The notes under the pieces: model-generated
Database searches by the model: none
What the model was told of the DNA's origin: nothing
Seen by the model: only the letters and a program-made list of their open reading frames with translations
DNA from: an uncultured virus (IMG/VR IMGVR_UViG_3300042308_001600)
Lineage: Duplodnaviria; Heunggongvirae; Uroviricota; Caudoviricetes
Length of the DNA stretch: 64,000 nucleotides
Direction: 5' to 3' (one strand)
Virus record (IMG/VR): IMGVR_UViG_3300042308_001600
Location: 1 to 64,000 of that record
In this document: positions 17,496-27,032 of the stretch, one piece after another
Position numbering within the stretch: the stretch's first letter is position 1
Layout of the letters: each line of letters starts with the position of its first letter
Made by a program: the position numbers and the translations under genes

Positions 17496-17680
17496 GGTGC
17501 CTTCAACCAGGAAAGGAACTCCACGAGAATTGAAACGAGGAACACCATCTGGGCGATCTCATGCACCAGGTTAGACTGTACCTTGTTCCGCATGACCTGT
17601 ACTTGAAAGCTCATCCAGCCTGCATACGCCGCGACGTCCCTGAGAACGACGAGCCCTGTTGAAAATTCGGGATGTGTCAT
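17492..17680 (-). CDS. small hypothetical protein
   Basis: ATGA overlaps at both ends. Confidence 0.55.
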   Translation of the reverse strand: MTHPEFSTGLVVLRDVAAYAGWMSFQVQVMRNKVQSNLVHEIAQMVFLVSILVEFLSWLKAP

Positions 17681-18291
17681 AATTCATGCATGAGCACCGC
17701 TTGGGTGTTCACAAACTGCTTGAGAGTCTTGGGACGGAATCCCATGGCCCTTGACTTACAGGTCTTATCCGTCAGCTGGAAGCGCGCCGGGCAGAACGTC
17801 TTGTCGAAGATCGAGCCTGACTTGCTGGAAACCTGGACACGCTGGACATACCGTCCCGTGACTGCGTAGGTCCACTTGGCCAGGATGCTGTACTGGAGGC
17901 CCTGACTGTGCTGGATGAAACCACCCTTGATCTCCAGCAGACTCTTCCCTTTGTCATCCAGTACTGTGAAGGGTGCTGGCCTGAGCCCTTTCGCGGTTGT
18001 CGGGTGCAGACCCGGACGCTCGTAGAAGATCCCACAGGCGCGGGGATGCCAGGTGACCTCGAAGTCCGGTGTGTACTTGGCGTCCTGCATGAGGATCCTG
18101 GACACTGGTTTGTCTGGTCCCTTCTTCATCGGCTTCACGTACCAGACTGGTACATTCTCGGACAACGTGATCGTCTCGGCCCTGCTCCACTTGGTGATGT
18201 AGTCAGCTTCCATGAGTTCCTCCAGGTACCAGATAAAGTACTCTTCCTCCTTGGAGTCTGTGGTGTTGTCGGTCGTTTTGGCTTTGGTCAT
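17677..18291 (-). CDS. PD-(D/E)xK nuclease (DUF1064-like)
   Basis: DSKEE...YTPDF...LEIKG motifs. Confidence 0.75.
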   Translation of the reverse strand: MTKAKTTDNTTDSKEEEYFIWYLEELMEADYITKWSRAETITLSENVPVWYVKPMKKGPDKPVSRILMQDAKYTPDFEVTWHPRACGIFYERPGLHPTTAKGLRPAPFTVLDDKGKSLLEIKGGFIQHSQGLQYSILAKWTYAVTGRYVQRVQVSSKSGSIFDKTFCPARFQLTDKTCKSRAMGFRPKTLKQFVNTQAVLMHEL

Positions 18292-18527
18292 GGGGTCAAC
18301 TTTAAGCTCTGCAACCATTTGTCCAGCCGCAAGAACTCACCTGCAATAGGGAGTCCGTAGATGCGTCCGAACTCCTGCCGTTCCGTTTCATGTAGGACAA
18401 GTACATCCGGGCAATCAGGACCGACCCAGCCCTGATCGTTGCTCCAAAAGAGCTTGAGGGGTTTCCTCGTGACGGGATCTGGAACCCAATCACTGTGCTC
18501 AATAACGTACAGATCTGCGAAGGTCAT
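18288..18527 (-). CDS. hypothetical protein
   Basis: FWSNxxGW motif; ATGA overlap. Confidence 0.6.
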   Translation of the reverse strand: MTFADLYVIEHSDWVPDPVTRKPLKLFWSNDQGWVGPDCPDVLVLHETERQEFGRIYGLPIAGEFLRLDKWLQSLKLTP

Positions 18528-18865
18528 TCGCCGTCCTCCTCATCGCAGACCAGCTTGGGGTCACCCTCAAGAAGATCCAGCGTTTCCTGGAGCGTCTCCT
18601 TCAGATGCTCAATCGCATACCGGCATGCGACCGGGAGTGCGTCAGTGACGTCCAGGCGGAGGCTGTGCCCGTGAATGTTCATGTGCATGCAGGTCACGTA
18701 CCACCCTGGCGGCCGATGATACGGATTGGCATGCGGCGGCGCATACCGCAGCTTGATAAGCAGCGGTCCCGACTTGGTACACCAACCATTCACTCCGGAC
18801 TGTTGCCAGGTGAACCCAGCAGCATTGATGCTCGTGTTTACTGGCAGGTCACTCATCGGTTTCAT
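18524..18865 (-). CDS. hypothetical protein
   Basis: part of the overlapping array. Confidence 0.55.
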   Translation of the reverse strand: MKPMSDLPVNTSINAAGFTWQQSGVNGWCTKSGPLLIKLRYAPPHANPYHRPPGWYVTCMHMNIHGHSLRLDVTDALPVACRYAIEHLKETLQETLDLLEGDPKLVCDEEDGE

Positions 18866-19046
18866 CGAAGTCGCCGCAGCCTACCAACCTGCGTCTCGCG
18901 CGTGCTTCATTGGGGCAGCTGTTCTCGTGACAGGGAACACCCTGAATCACCATCGAGGCGCAGCGCGAACAACCCACCCGTACTGCACCATCCTCAGTCT
19001 TGTAAGACCGGTCAAACCCTAGGACTTCAAGTTGTTCGAGTGTCAT
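18849..19046 (-). CDS. small Zn-binding protein
   Basis: CSRC...GVPCHE..CPN. Confidence 0.7.
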   Translation of the reverse strand: MTLEQLEVLGFDRSYKTEDGAVRVGCSRCASMVIQGVPCHENSCPNEARARRRLVGCGDFDETDE

Positions 19047-19057
19047 GTTCCCAGGTT

Positions 19058-19396
19058 TTACTTCAGGGGCAGCTGCCCTTTGAGATGGGCCTGCACGGCT
19101 TTCAGGTCACCCTCCAGGCGGGTGACCGTCGCTGACAGTGCCTCGAATTCCTGGCGGGTGACCTTTCCGGTCTTGGCCTTGTCTTCCTTGACCGCCGCGT
19201 GCTTACGGATTCCCAGGGCGTTCCTGAGACCCATGACGTTGGAGGCGGTGACGACGAATCCCACACCTTCCGAGATCGCCGCAGCCGCAGCGGCGTCGGT
19301 CGTGTTTTGCAGGAACGTTTCTTTATCGGCGCGCGCGTCCACCCATGCCTTGACGGCTAGGGTTCGATTCAAAGGTAACATGTTTTTCGTAGCCAT
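19058..19396 (-). CDS. hypothetical protein with C-terminal coiled coil
   Basis: start refined to MATKN. Confidence 0.65.
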   Translation of the reverse strand: MATKNMLPLNRTLAVKAWVDARADKETFLQNTTDAAAAAAISEGVGFVVTASNVMGLRNALGIRKHAAVKEDKAKTGKVTRQEFEALSATVTRLEGDLKAVQAHLKGQLPLK

Positions 19397-19412
19397 ATTT
19401 TGTCTTGTACTT

Positions 19413-19589
19413 TCAAACAATCTTACAAAGCTGGAGCAGCCGCTCCACCAGCAAGTACCAGGCCCATGCCGGACACACGCAGGCGAACAGCACAGACCAG
19501 AACCCCTTGGCGATGACGATGCCAGCCAACCACCCGATTAAAAACAGGACCGCAATGAGATCACGCATAACGACAGAGAGTGCTCTCAT
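19413..19589 (-). CDS. small membrane protein (58 aa, below ORF-track cutoff)
   Basis: MRALSVV...WLAGIVIAKGFWSVLFACVCPAWAWYLLVE; ATGA overlap with upstream gene. Confidence 0.65.
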   Translation of the reverse strand: MRALSVVMRDLIAVLFLIGWLAGIVIAKGFWSVLFACVCPAWAWYLLVERLLQLCKIV

Positions 19590-19966
19590 GACAGCTCAAT
19601 CTTGTATCCAGCCTGCCGGAGGGTCTCTACGATCTCGTAAAACATCTGACAGGATGGACAGGCGTCCTCGCCCGCCCAGCAGCGCGCCTGCTTCCTGGGC
19701 GGACTCTCGCAGGGAAAGTACACGGAGTGGGCCTCCAGCATCTCCACCAGGTGCTTGGCCATGGTAGGAGCCTGCCGGACGAACCGGCCGTTTTCTTCGC
19801 CATGACCTGCAGGCCGGGAAAGAGGCACGAATAGAATCGTGTTATCCTCCTGATCCAGGATGTCATGTACACCCGCCTTGGCCTGGATAGGCGCAGGATA
19901 TTGATGCCAGCCTTCGCTGATATCAGGTGCTGTAATCTTGATGTCTAGCATGGTAGGGGCTGTCAC
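19586..19966 (-). CDS. hypothetical protein
   Basis: GTGA overlap; Cys cluster at C-terminus. Confidence 0.6.
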   Translation of the reverse strand: MTAPTMLDIKITAPDISEGWHQYPAPIQAKAGVHDILDQEDNTILFVPLSRPAGHGEENGRFVRQAPTMAKHLVEMLEAHSVYFPCESPPRKQARCWAGEDACPSCQMFYEIVETLRQAGYKIELS

Positions 19967-20202
19967 CAGACCTCGGCAAGCTGGCTTCGACGTTGTTCAT
20001 CATTACCCTCGGCAATGTTTTTGAACTCCCTGATGGCTTTCTCCACGGTGTTGAGACGGTACTTCAGCACCCAGGCAATGACTTCATCCTTTGACCAACA
20101 CTCGCAGATGACGTCCCAGCCTGATGTGTTGTAGTTGGCTTCCGCGTGGGCAATGACAGCCTTGGCAATCTCCTGGGGTGTGAGTTTCTTATCAATCTTC
20201 AT
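19963..20202 (-). CDS. hypothetical protein
   Basis: HA..NY..GWD...EC motif; start refined to MKIDK. Confidence 0.6.
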   Translation of the reverse strand: MKIDKKLTPQEIAKAVIAHAEANYNTSGWDVICECWSKDEVIAWVLKYRLNTVEKAIREFKNIAEGNDEQRRSQLAEVW

Positions 20203-20425
20203 CGTCCAAGGCTTCGTGGGATGTGAGACCCATACGCTTCCGGTACTCCTGATCCTCATCGTGTCCCCAGGTCCTGGCCCGCTCCGCCACATCATGGGGG
20301 GAGCGAGGATAGGAGGCCGTGGGGGTTCGATTCAAACCCTGGAGGGAACACCAACCACACTTGTTGCAGCCCCAGCACGAGCAGTCGTCCCAGGTGGATT
20401 TGGAACCGCAGTTAGGACAGGCCAT
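20192..20425 (-). CDS. small Zn-ribbon protein
   Basis: MACPNCG...CNKCGW. Confidence 0.55.
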   Translation of the reverse strand: MACPNCGSKSTWDDCSCWGCNKCGWCSLQGLNRTPTASYPRSPHDVAERARTWGHDEDQEYRKRMGLTSHEALDDED

Positions 20426-20615
20426 CGTGCACTCTGGTTGGTCTATAACCTTTCTTCTCCAGCTCTTTGACGAAGGTGTCCAGCTTTCTTGCAGTTCTGC
20501 ATATGTGGATGTCATAGAAGGGACTTCCATCCGGGTGTTGTTTAACCCCGTCGTGATACGTCACGACGTGCCTGGCACGTCCAATCTCGGAGTGCGTGTG
20601 GTAGTTCGGGCTCAT
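20412..20615 (-). CDS. conserved phage-type hypothetical protein
   Basis: IG.A..VV.YHDGVK.H.DGSPFYDI motif. Confidence 0.7.
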   Translation of the reverse strand: MSPNYHTHSEIGRARHVVTYHDGVKQHPDGSPFYDIHICRTARKLDTFVKELEKKGYRPTRVHDGLS

Positions 20616-21067
20616 GCTGCTTGTGTGGGTTGGGCGTCTCCGCGAACAGGCGGGAACTGAATCCAGCGCTTCACCCGCAGGATCGACAGACCCACAACAT
20701 CCCGGTTGTGTCTGAGGTTGGATTTGACCTGCATGACTTCCTTGTTGGTCGCAGTCGCGAGTGGTAACAACGTAAACCGCATACCCTGCGAGCTGGCCAG
20801 CTCCTCAACCCAGTACACGTCGCCCATCCGTTGGTTTTCGTAGAGATGGTAACACTCAACATAGCCACCCTTGTGGGGGCGCGGTACACGCGCGCATTGG
20901 CAGAAGAAGTCCTGCATGCGTCCCCAGTTGTCTGCACTAAGATCGCGCGGTACGTTCACAAGAGCACCCACACCATGTGAATACAGCAGGTACAGGAAGA
21001 CCGGCACAGCCGCGGGGGTTGTGTCTACTGTTGGGGCTTGAGGTGCCTCAGATGTCTCAGGATTCAT
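20612..21067 (-). CDS. hypothetical protein
   Basis: ATGA overlaps. Confidence 0.6.
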   Translation of the reverse strand: MNPETSEAPQAPTVDTTPAAVPVFLYLLYSHGVGALVNVPRDLSADNWGRMQDFFCQCARVPRPHKGGYVECYHLYENQRMGDVYWVEELASSQGMRFTLLPLATATNKEVMQVKSNLRHNRDVVGLSILRVKRWIQFPPVRGDAQPTQAA

Positions 21068-22281
21068 ACAGATCGGTCAATAGCATCACACCCAGCACAA
21101 CCACCGGGCAGTTCGTCCAGAGCATCCTCGGGTGAGAACTGTTCCAGGAAGTCGTGCCAGTTCAGGATGTCCTCCCCGTTCGCGAAGGCCTGGATGGTGT
21201 CCACGATCTCCTGAGGTGCGCGGCCCTGCAGCGTCTTGATCTCATCTGCAGGCAGGAGGTTGTGATCGCGGATGTAGTCCGTCATCATGGCCGGCCGAGT
21301 CTTGGTGGCACTACGCCACAGCCCGGCCGTCCCGGAACCTGCCAGGCGCCGCTTGGGTCTGGTCTTCAGAAACGCCTCAAAGGCGTCCATGTCCGCAAAC
21401 GCAGGCGGCAGAAACACCGAAGTACGAGCAAGGTCCAGGATGTCTCGTGCCAGCGCGTAATCCGCTTCCGCTTTCGCGAACCACTTGTCTTCACGCTCAC
21501 GCCATTCCTGGTCGAGCAACTCCTGGGTCTTGCACCCGTCGAGGCGGGGCTTGGCCCTGGCCTCCATGATGACAATGTTTCGCAGGTATTCCTTGCGGTG
21601 CTCGTGCAATTCCGCCGGCTGAGTCGCAGGACAGAAGTAGCAGGCACTCTTGGGTGGCACCGGGAGTCCCGCTGACCGGATCAATTCCTTGCAGCCTTCG
21701 CGGTCCAGACCCCAGTCGATCAGGGGATACCAGTAGTCGTACTTGGGATCCTCAACCCCCACGGCGTGGCTGTACCGCTTCCGGTCCTTGGCGCCGTTGT
21801 CGTACCCGATCATCTTCCGGACGCGACCACCGGCGGCCCAGCAGTCGATGGCGGGCTGCCATTCGTCCGTCCATGCATTCTGGGGTTGCACCTTCCACTT
21901 GAGCGAGCACGACTTGAACCCAAAGGCCAAGCTCGGCAGTGTCCCATTGGTCAGGCAGTTCTCGCCCAGCCCTCGATACGGGGGCCAGTGCTTGAAGTTC
22001 TTGACCCGGTATTCCACGACCGTCACAGGTGGGAAGTCCACCTTCTTCAACCACTCCTGGATGACGGGCAGGTACGCGTAAGTTTCGCGCTTCTCCGATT
22101 TCGTGTCGGCAAACAGGATCGCGTCGGGGCGGATGCCCTGTTGCTGTAGTCCGACTAGGACGGCCGTCGAATCCACGCCAAGCCCGTAGGCGAGCATTAA
22201 AGGCGACGGAGCTTCCGGCGCGGGTATGATGATCGTTTCACTCACGGTCTTCACTCTCTTGTTTGTGCTTACGCCACTCAA
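21064..22281 (-). CDS. PAPS-reductase-like adenine-nucleotide alpha-hydrolase protein
   Basis: PP-loop-like AYGLGVDS, FADT..E..ETY, CS.KWK, YPL.DWG..R..C, PPKSACYFCP. Confidence 0.82.
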   Translation of the reverse strand: MSGVSTNKRVKTVSETIIIPAPEAPSPLMLAYGLGVDSTAVLVGLQQQGIRPDAILFADTKSEKRETYAYLPVIQEWLKKVDFPPVTVVEYRVKNFKHWPPYRGLGENCLTNGTLPSLAFGFKSCSLKWKVQPQNAWTDEWQPAIDCWAAGGRVRKMIGYDNGAKDRKRYSHAVGVEDPKYDYWYPLIDWGLDREGCKELIRSAGLPVPPKSACYFCPATQPAELHEHRKEYLRNIVIMEARAKPRLDGCKTQELLDQEWREREDKWFAKAEADYALARDILDLARTSVFLPPAFADMDAFEAFLKTRPKRRLAGSGTAGLWRSATKTRPAMMTDYIRDHNLLPADEIKTLQGRAPQEIVDTIQAFANGEDILNWHDFLEQFSPEDALDELPGGCAGCDAIDRSV

Positions 22282-22639
22282 CCAGTCCTAGCACGGTGTC
22301 ACCATTGGCAACCTCGTACTGCCAGTCCCGTACCAGGGACTGGGTAGCATCTTCATCCGGTGTCACAGGCATGACTTCCTCAGGCCAGGGTTCGCAGTAC
22401 TCAGCCGGGATGTTCAGCCCGCAGTGGGTCAGGTCATGGGCCAGAATGGAGTTTGGGTATCCCGTCACCAGCTTTGCAAACTCATTAGTACCCTGCAGGA
22501 ACCGGTACGCGTCATTGTTCCCGCCGGCTGTCTTGTTCGCGACCGTGGAACCAACCGGAATGAGTAAATCCCACCCATTGTAGTTCACCCGGTACTCCCG
22601 GATGGTCTTTGCTATCTTGTACTTTGTACTGTTGATCAT
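22238..22639 (-). CDS. hypothetical protein
   Basis: C-terminal DWQYEVANGDT.LG..EW motif; ATGA overlap. Confidence 0.6.
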   Translation of the reverse strand: MINSTKYKIAKTIREYRVNYNGWDLLIPVGSTVANKTAGGNNDAYRFLQGTNEFAKLVTGYPNSILAHDLTHCGLNIPAEYCEPWPEEVMPVTPDEDATQSLVRDWQYEVANGDTVLGLVEWRKHKQESEDRE

Positions 22640-24402
22640 GCTGCTTTCTTTGTCACTGGTACTGGTTCTTGGATGTACGCTAGCTCAGCCAACACGACCG
22701 CTTCTGACTCGATGAATAACTGATCCTGTATCTGCTTGGGCAGTTTTCTAAGCCGTGAGTTCATGTACTTCCGATACAGCTGGTACCCCCAGCGCGCCCA
22801 GACAGGTACCCGCCGGGTAAGCTCATGGTAGTCCTCATAGAACTGTGGTGTGTGATTGTGCGTGTCAGTGTCCTGACCGTCGTGACACATCTCGTGGGCG
22901 AGCAGCAGAGTCAACGCATGCCAATCCCGCTCGTAGCCCAGGCGCAGACCCTTCAGCCAGGTCCTGGATATCGCCACATAGGTGGCGCCGTCCGTCCAAC
23001 CCTCAGCATTCGCCTTGTTTCCCAGACAGAGCTTGCGGTTCCTGACACCGAGCGTTCGTGCCATGTTACCCAGAATGTGTGCCGACGAACTGATGATATC
23101 CTGCTCCTGTGGTGTCAGCTTGTTCTGCTGGACCAGCTCATAGTCACCCGAGCTGTCCTCTACCAGGGTTTGATAAGCCACCCAGGTCAAGATCTTGGTT
23201 CCGCCACCCTGGATGATGTCCAGAGCCGCCGCGCCGCATTCTGCCGCGCTAAGCTGGTCGGACAACCCCAAGTACTGGAACAACACCGCATCCAGCACGA
23301 GCGCTTTACCATTCTGGATGACGCGGTCCCCGTCTCGACAATTCCTGGGCCCGAACCCCACTGGGATATGCCCCAGCGCATTCGCGTACACGGGACTCGT
23401 AGAGGACTTGGAACGCGACAACTTGTCCAGCTGATCCATCGACCACATGCGCCCCCGTACATCCGGCAGGCACTGAACATTCCTGAATGTCTGGTAATCG
23501 ATATCCTTGCTGACGAAGTTCTGGATGAAGCTGCGGGCCTTATGCACGTCCAGCTTGACCTTCTGGACGGCATCCTTGGTGCCTGTGTCACGAAGCAACG
23601 CGGCAATCTTCTTCCAGCGCTTGCAGCTGCGGATGACCTGGTTGCGGGCAAAGTTCACCTGCACGGCCTGCTTGATCACAATCGTCCCCTCCAGGCCATA
23701 CTCGGATGCCGGGATGGTCTCCACAAACACCCCCTGCTGGTACACATCCAGGCCGGAACCGTAACGCCAGCGGGATTCGCTGACCTTCTTGCTGATGTAG
23801 GCGTCGTCGGTGACGACGTCCCACTTCATGCCTGCCGGATCCCTGGCGATGTTGACACCGTTGACGGTCAGGGTGGGGATGACATAACGACACAGCTTCG
23901 TCACCTCGTCGGTGGTTTGCTGGACGTCCCGCATGGACAGCTTTTCGTAAAGCTGCACCGTGATCTCGCACCCGAGCCGCGGGGACTGTCCGACTGACAG
24001 GTCATACGCCAACCCCAGACCATTGATGTCCGTCGTCATTTTGAACGTGTTGGACTTCCACTCGTTCACCCCAAAGGCAAACAGCTGCCCACGCCCGATC
24101 CGGTACGTGCCGAACTTGGCATCGACCGAGATACCTTCCTCGTTCATCTCATGTGGGGAGCCGAACACCTCAAAGACATCCTTGATGTGATCCGCCGAAT
24201 CGAAGCCCTTGCCATTGTCAGTGATGATCAATCGGTCTGGCTTGAGCTGAATCTGGATGGTGGTCGCACCGGCATCGATGGCATTCATGACACCCTCCAT
24301 GACGGCCTTGGCCAACGTTCCAGCCTGTCGTTTGATTACCTGCAGGATCAAATCCGCGTGAGCCTTGAGGCTACGCCGTTCTGTGGTGTTTGTTTTACTC
24401 AT
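22636..24402 (-). CDS. GHKL (MORC/Hsp90-like) ATPase fused to C-terminal HExxH domain
   Basis: EGVMNAIDA, DNGKG, KFGTYRIGRG, G.E motifs; LLAHEMCH...HNH..FY near C-terminus. Confidence 0.82.
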   Translation of the reverse strand: MSKTNTTERRSLKAHADLILQVIKRQAGTLAKAVMEGVMNAIDAGATTIQIQLKPDRLIITDNGKGFDSADHIKDVFEVFGSPHEMNEEGISVDAKFGTYRIGRGQLFAFGVNEWKSNTFKMTTDINGLGLAYDLSVGQSPRLGCEITVQLYEKLSMRDVQQTTDEVTKLCRYVIPTLTVNGVNIARDPAGMKWDVVTDDAYISKKVSESRWRYGSGLDVYQQGVFVETIPASEYGLEGTIVIKQAVQVNFARNQVIRSCKRWKKIAALLRDTGTKDAVQKVKLDVHKARSFIQNFVSKDIDYQTFRNVQCLPDVRGRMWSMDQLDKLSRSKSSTSPVYANALGHIPVGFGPRNCRDGDRVIQNGKALVLDAVLFQYLGLSDQLSAAECGAAALDIIQGGGTKILTWVAYQTLVEDSSGDYELVQQNKLTPQEQDIISSSAHILGNMARTLGVRNRKLCLGNKANAEGWTDGATYVAISRTWLKGLRLGYERDWHALTLLLAHEMCHDGQDTDTHNHTPQFYEDYHELTRRVPVWARWGYQLYRKYMNSRLRKLPKQIQDQLFIESEAVVLAELAYIQEPVPVTKKAA

Positions 24403-24820
24403 GCACTGGCGGGTCAACCAAGATTTCTTTCAGGATGGCTTCATAGTCAGGAGGACAACCACGACGTTTACCTGTACTGCTCTCGCGATGCTCACGCAGG
24501 GGTAGTCCACAGTTGTAGCAACCTGGATGCCGTTGCCCATCTTCGACAGACCTGTACACAGGACCCTGATGTTCGTCACCAGCGTCCAATAGCCAGTAAC
24601 GCCCACGCGGTTCCACGTATGGTTTCAGCTCGATGTTCAACACCGACGGGTCAAAGACCCACTGGTTGTCCGCTGCGTCCTGTAGAACCGTACGCAGACA
24701 AGTAACATGGCTATTCTTACCTGGAACCACCTCGGAGCTGAGAATCTTGAACGGCAGAACTGGAACAACCTCACTCATCATCGCCTTCGGGATCCGCGTC
24801 ATCGAAGTCCAGGTCTTCAC
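24395..24820 (-). CDS. hypothetical protein
   Basis: part of the array; CxxC...H near C-terminus. Confidence 0.55.
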   Translation of the reverse strand: MKTWTSMTRIPKAMMSEVVPVLPFKILSSEVVPGKNSHVTCLRTVLQDAADNQWVFDPSVLNIELKPYVEPRGRYWLLDAGDEHQGPVYRSVEDGQRHPGCYNCGLPLREHRESSTGKRRGCPPDYEAILKEILVDPPVHE

Positions 24821-25250
24821 GCTCCGTGGGTAACAACCACACCCAGGCTGGCAGTCGCTCCGCTTGCGCCTCCGTCAGGCGCGTCTGCGCCATGACACAG
24901 GGAGCATCGGGCCCAATTTCCACCAGCATGTCGATCGTCATCTCTGTCAGGTTTTCGCGGGTCGCAAAATAGAACCAACGCTCATCCCACTGCATCAGCA
25001 GCAACCAGGCAGGTGCGGTGTCCTGCCCGCCGTTGATGACCCGAAGATCCAAGATGGCTGACTCAACGGCAGCGATATCAAGCAGCAGCCGCTGCTTGTC
25101 TCCCTTGAGCCTGCGCGCCTCATGGTTCGGAAGCCTCACCCGCAGCGCGCGGTTGATAGCCGACACCTGTGTCTCCAACTGCTGCTTGTAACGGCTCAAC
25201 TCTGCGTGGCTACGCTTGTTCAAAGGCATTTTTTCGTGCGCGTCGTTCAT
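24771..25250 (-). CDS. hypothetical coiled-coil protein
   Basis: ATGA overlap. Confidence 0.6.
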   Translation of the reverse strand: MNDAHEKMPLNKRSHAELSRYKQQLETQVSAINRALRVRLPNHEARRLKGDKQRLLLDIAAVESAILDLRVINGGQDTAPAWLLLMQWDERWFYFATRENLTEMTIDMLVEIGPDAPCVMAQTRLTEAQAERLPAWVWLLPTEREDLDFDDADPEGDDE

Positions 25251-25777
25251 AGGAGGTCAGACAACAGGTCGATCAAAGGTGGGATAAATTCGGCGACCGT
25301 GTTGGCTCTGCCGTCGGGACCAAATGGCTGTCTGAAGTCATTACATTGGATTATAAATCCACCCGCAGGGAATACATGACACGCGTAGCTATTGACGTAC
25401 TGCGGTCTGTGAAGTGCGAAGCTGATCGGTATGTGCAATTTATCAACCCCATGAATGGTGATCTTGTACGGGTACTCCTGCTTGAAGGCCGCCAGGATAT
25501 CCAGGATGGGTTCCCAGAGCTTCAGCCGTGTTGCCAATGCGGCCTCGTCCTGAGCCTGCTTGGTCACGCGTTCCTGTTCTTCCTTTTGCTTTCGCGCTTC
25601 TGCCCGATCCTTGATGATCTCAAGGGCCTTGGTGCTGGATAGTGTTGGTTCTGCCACGACTGGATTGAGCTGCGTTTCCCCATACTGCGTTGGCGCACTC
25701 CCAACTGGTTTGCTGGGCCGGCGCCAAGCCTCCATCATCCAAAACCACTTGGGGGTAGCTGATATGTGCATACTCAC
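25247..25777 (-). CDS. hypothetical protein
   Basis: GTGA/ATGA overlaps. Confidence 0.6.
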   Translation of the reverse strand: MSMHISATPKWFWMMEAWRRPSKPVGSAPTQYGETQLNPVVAEPTLSSTKALEIIKDRAEARKQKEEQERVTKQAQDEAALATRLKLWEPILDILAAFKQEYPYKITIHGVDKLHIPISFALHRPQYVNSYACHVFPAGGFIIQCNDFRQPFGPDGRANTVAEFIPPLIDLLSDLL

Positions 25778-25971
25778 TCCAGGTCCGAACCGCCGAGTGC
25801 CGTATTCAAAGCAGACCAGGTAAGCCTGCGCATCTCAGCGTCGCTGGGTGACTCGTCGGGCACGTTATTCTGCAGGTATCTGAGGAGCCAGTCTGCTGTG
25901 TCCTCGTCCATCGTCAGATGTACGGTCGTCTTGGTCGTTGTTGTTGCCTCGATCATGCTTTCTTTACACAA
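25774..25971 (-). CDS. small hypothetical protein
   Basis: part of the array. Confidence 0.55.
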   Translation of the reverse strand: MCKESMIEATTTTKTTVHLTMDEDTADWLLRYLQNNVPDESPSDAEMRRLTWSALNTALGGSDLE

Positions 25972-26252
25972 CGTGGTTCGATCTGGATCTCAAACCCGTA
26001 GTCCCGGAGGATCTCAATTTCTTCGGCGGCGTGGCGGCAAATGCGTTGGTGTCCCGGGCCGAATCGCTCGGTCTTGCCGGCTTCCCGCCATTCTAGCGCG
26101 GCCTTGGTCAGCTGGGACCACTCGTGGGTGTCACGGCGGCAGGGTGGCTGCCGGCCCAGAATCTTGTGACCATTGATGTGTGTCGCACCGTCGCGGCGTG
26201 CTTCCGCGGCTGGGTCTGGAACTGGAGGAGGTGGGGCGGGTCTAGGCGTCAT
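25953..26252 (-). CDS. hypothetical protein
   Basis: part of the array. Confidence 0.55.
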   Translation of the reverse strand: MTPRPAPPPPVPDPAAEARRDGATHINGHKILGRQPPCRRDTHEWSQLTKAALEWREAGKTERFGPGHQRICRHAAEEIEILRDYGFEIQIEPRCVKKA

Positions 26253-26601
26253 CTTCTTCCTGGGTTGATGTCAGGCGCTTCGCAATCTCATAGGCATCAT
26301 GTAGGCGAAGATGACTCGGACCTCCATGAAACTTTGCTTCACTGAATAAGGGGGACAACAGTTCCTTGCCAGGAAAGGCGTCAGCCAACCACTGCATGAA
26401 CGCGTCTTCAAAGTCCTGTGTCTGGATCGATTCCTTGAACTTTTCCCAGGCTGCGAACCAACGGCGCATATCCTCCACAGCGCTGCCGGTTTTGCCTTCA
26501 GGCTTCCACCAGCCTGCGCAGTTCTCCCAGGATTCGTCCGCGAGTCCAATTGCGTACTGGATCTTGCGCTGTCCAGCTTGGCACAGGTCCTGGAATTTCA
26601 T
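26242..26601 (-). CDS. hypothetical protein
   Basis: ATGA overlap. Confidence 0.6.
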   Translation of the reverse strand: MKFQDLCQAGQRKIQYAIGLADESWENCAGWWKPEGKTGSAVEDMRRWFAAWEKFKESIQTQDFEDAFMQWLADAFPGKELLSPLFSEAKFHGGPSHLRLHDAYEIAKRLTSTQEEDDA

Positions 26602-26954
26602 CGGTTCAGGGGCACCAGTTCACCATTCCCCACTTCAACGGAATCCTTCCATTCCTCGGACTCTTCCAGCATTTCGGCAAAGCGCTCAGCCCGGAAGCCC
26701 AGCTCCTGCTTCACAGAGGAGTGCGGATCGTCCGGGTTGCGTAGTTCCTGGAGGAGGACCAGGATGTCGAACTCGGCTCCTGCCATCTTGATCTCCGCAT
26801 CGTCATTGACGACGAAGTTGGGATTGGAGCGTCCAGATCTTACTGCCCTGATCGTGTACACGCTGTCCTTCTTGGGGAGTGCTTTGTACAGATCAAATAC
26901 CCACGCCGCGAACTGATCCGAAATACATACAACCTTCTGACCTACAGAGAACAT
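26598..26954 (-). CDS. SH3-like hypothetical protein
   Basis: MF.VGQKVVC...YTIR...EL.NP...GF.AERF pattern. Confidence 0.7.
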   Translation of the reverse strand: MFSVGQKVVCISDQFAAWVFDLYKALPKKDSVYTIRAVRSGRSNPNFVVNDDAEIKMAGAEFDILVLLQELRNPDDPHSSVKQELGFRAERFAEMLEESEEWKDSVEVGNGELVPLNR

Positions 26955-26957
26955 GGG

Positions 26958-27024
26958 ATGCTAAAGCTGTATAGACCACAAATCAAATACCCACTATTGA
27001 AAGTCAACAACCGCAGCGTAAGTT
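26958..27024. promoter_or_regulatory. back-to-back sigma70-like promoters
   Basis: minus: TTGATT-17-TAGCAT (26986-26958); plus: TTGAAA-16-TAAGTT (26997-27024). Confidence 0.45.
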
Positions 27025-27032
27025 TACGCCAT

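Noticed and set aside
17677..18291. Restriction endonuclease partner of the methyltransferases
   Set aside because: It resembles common stand-alone phage DUF1064-type nucleases and is over 20 kb from either MTase.
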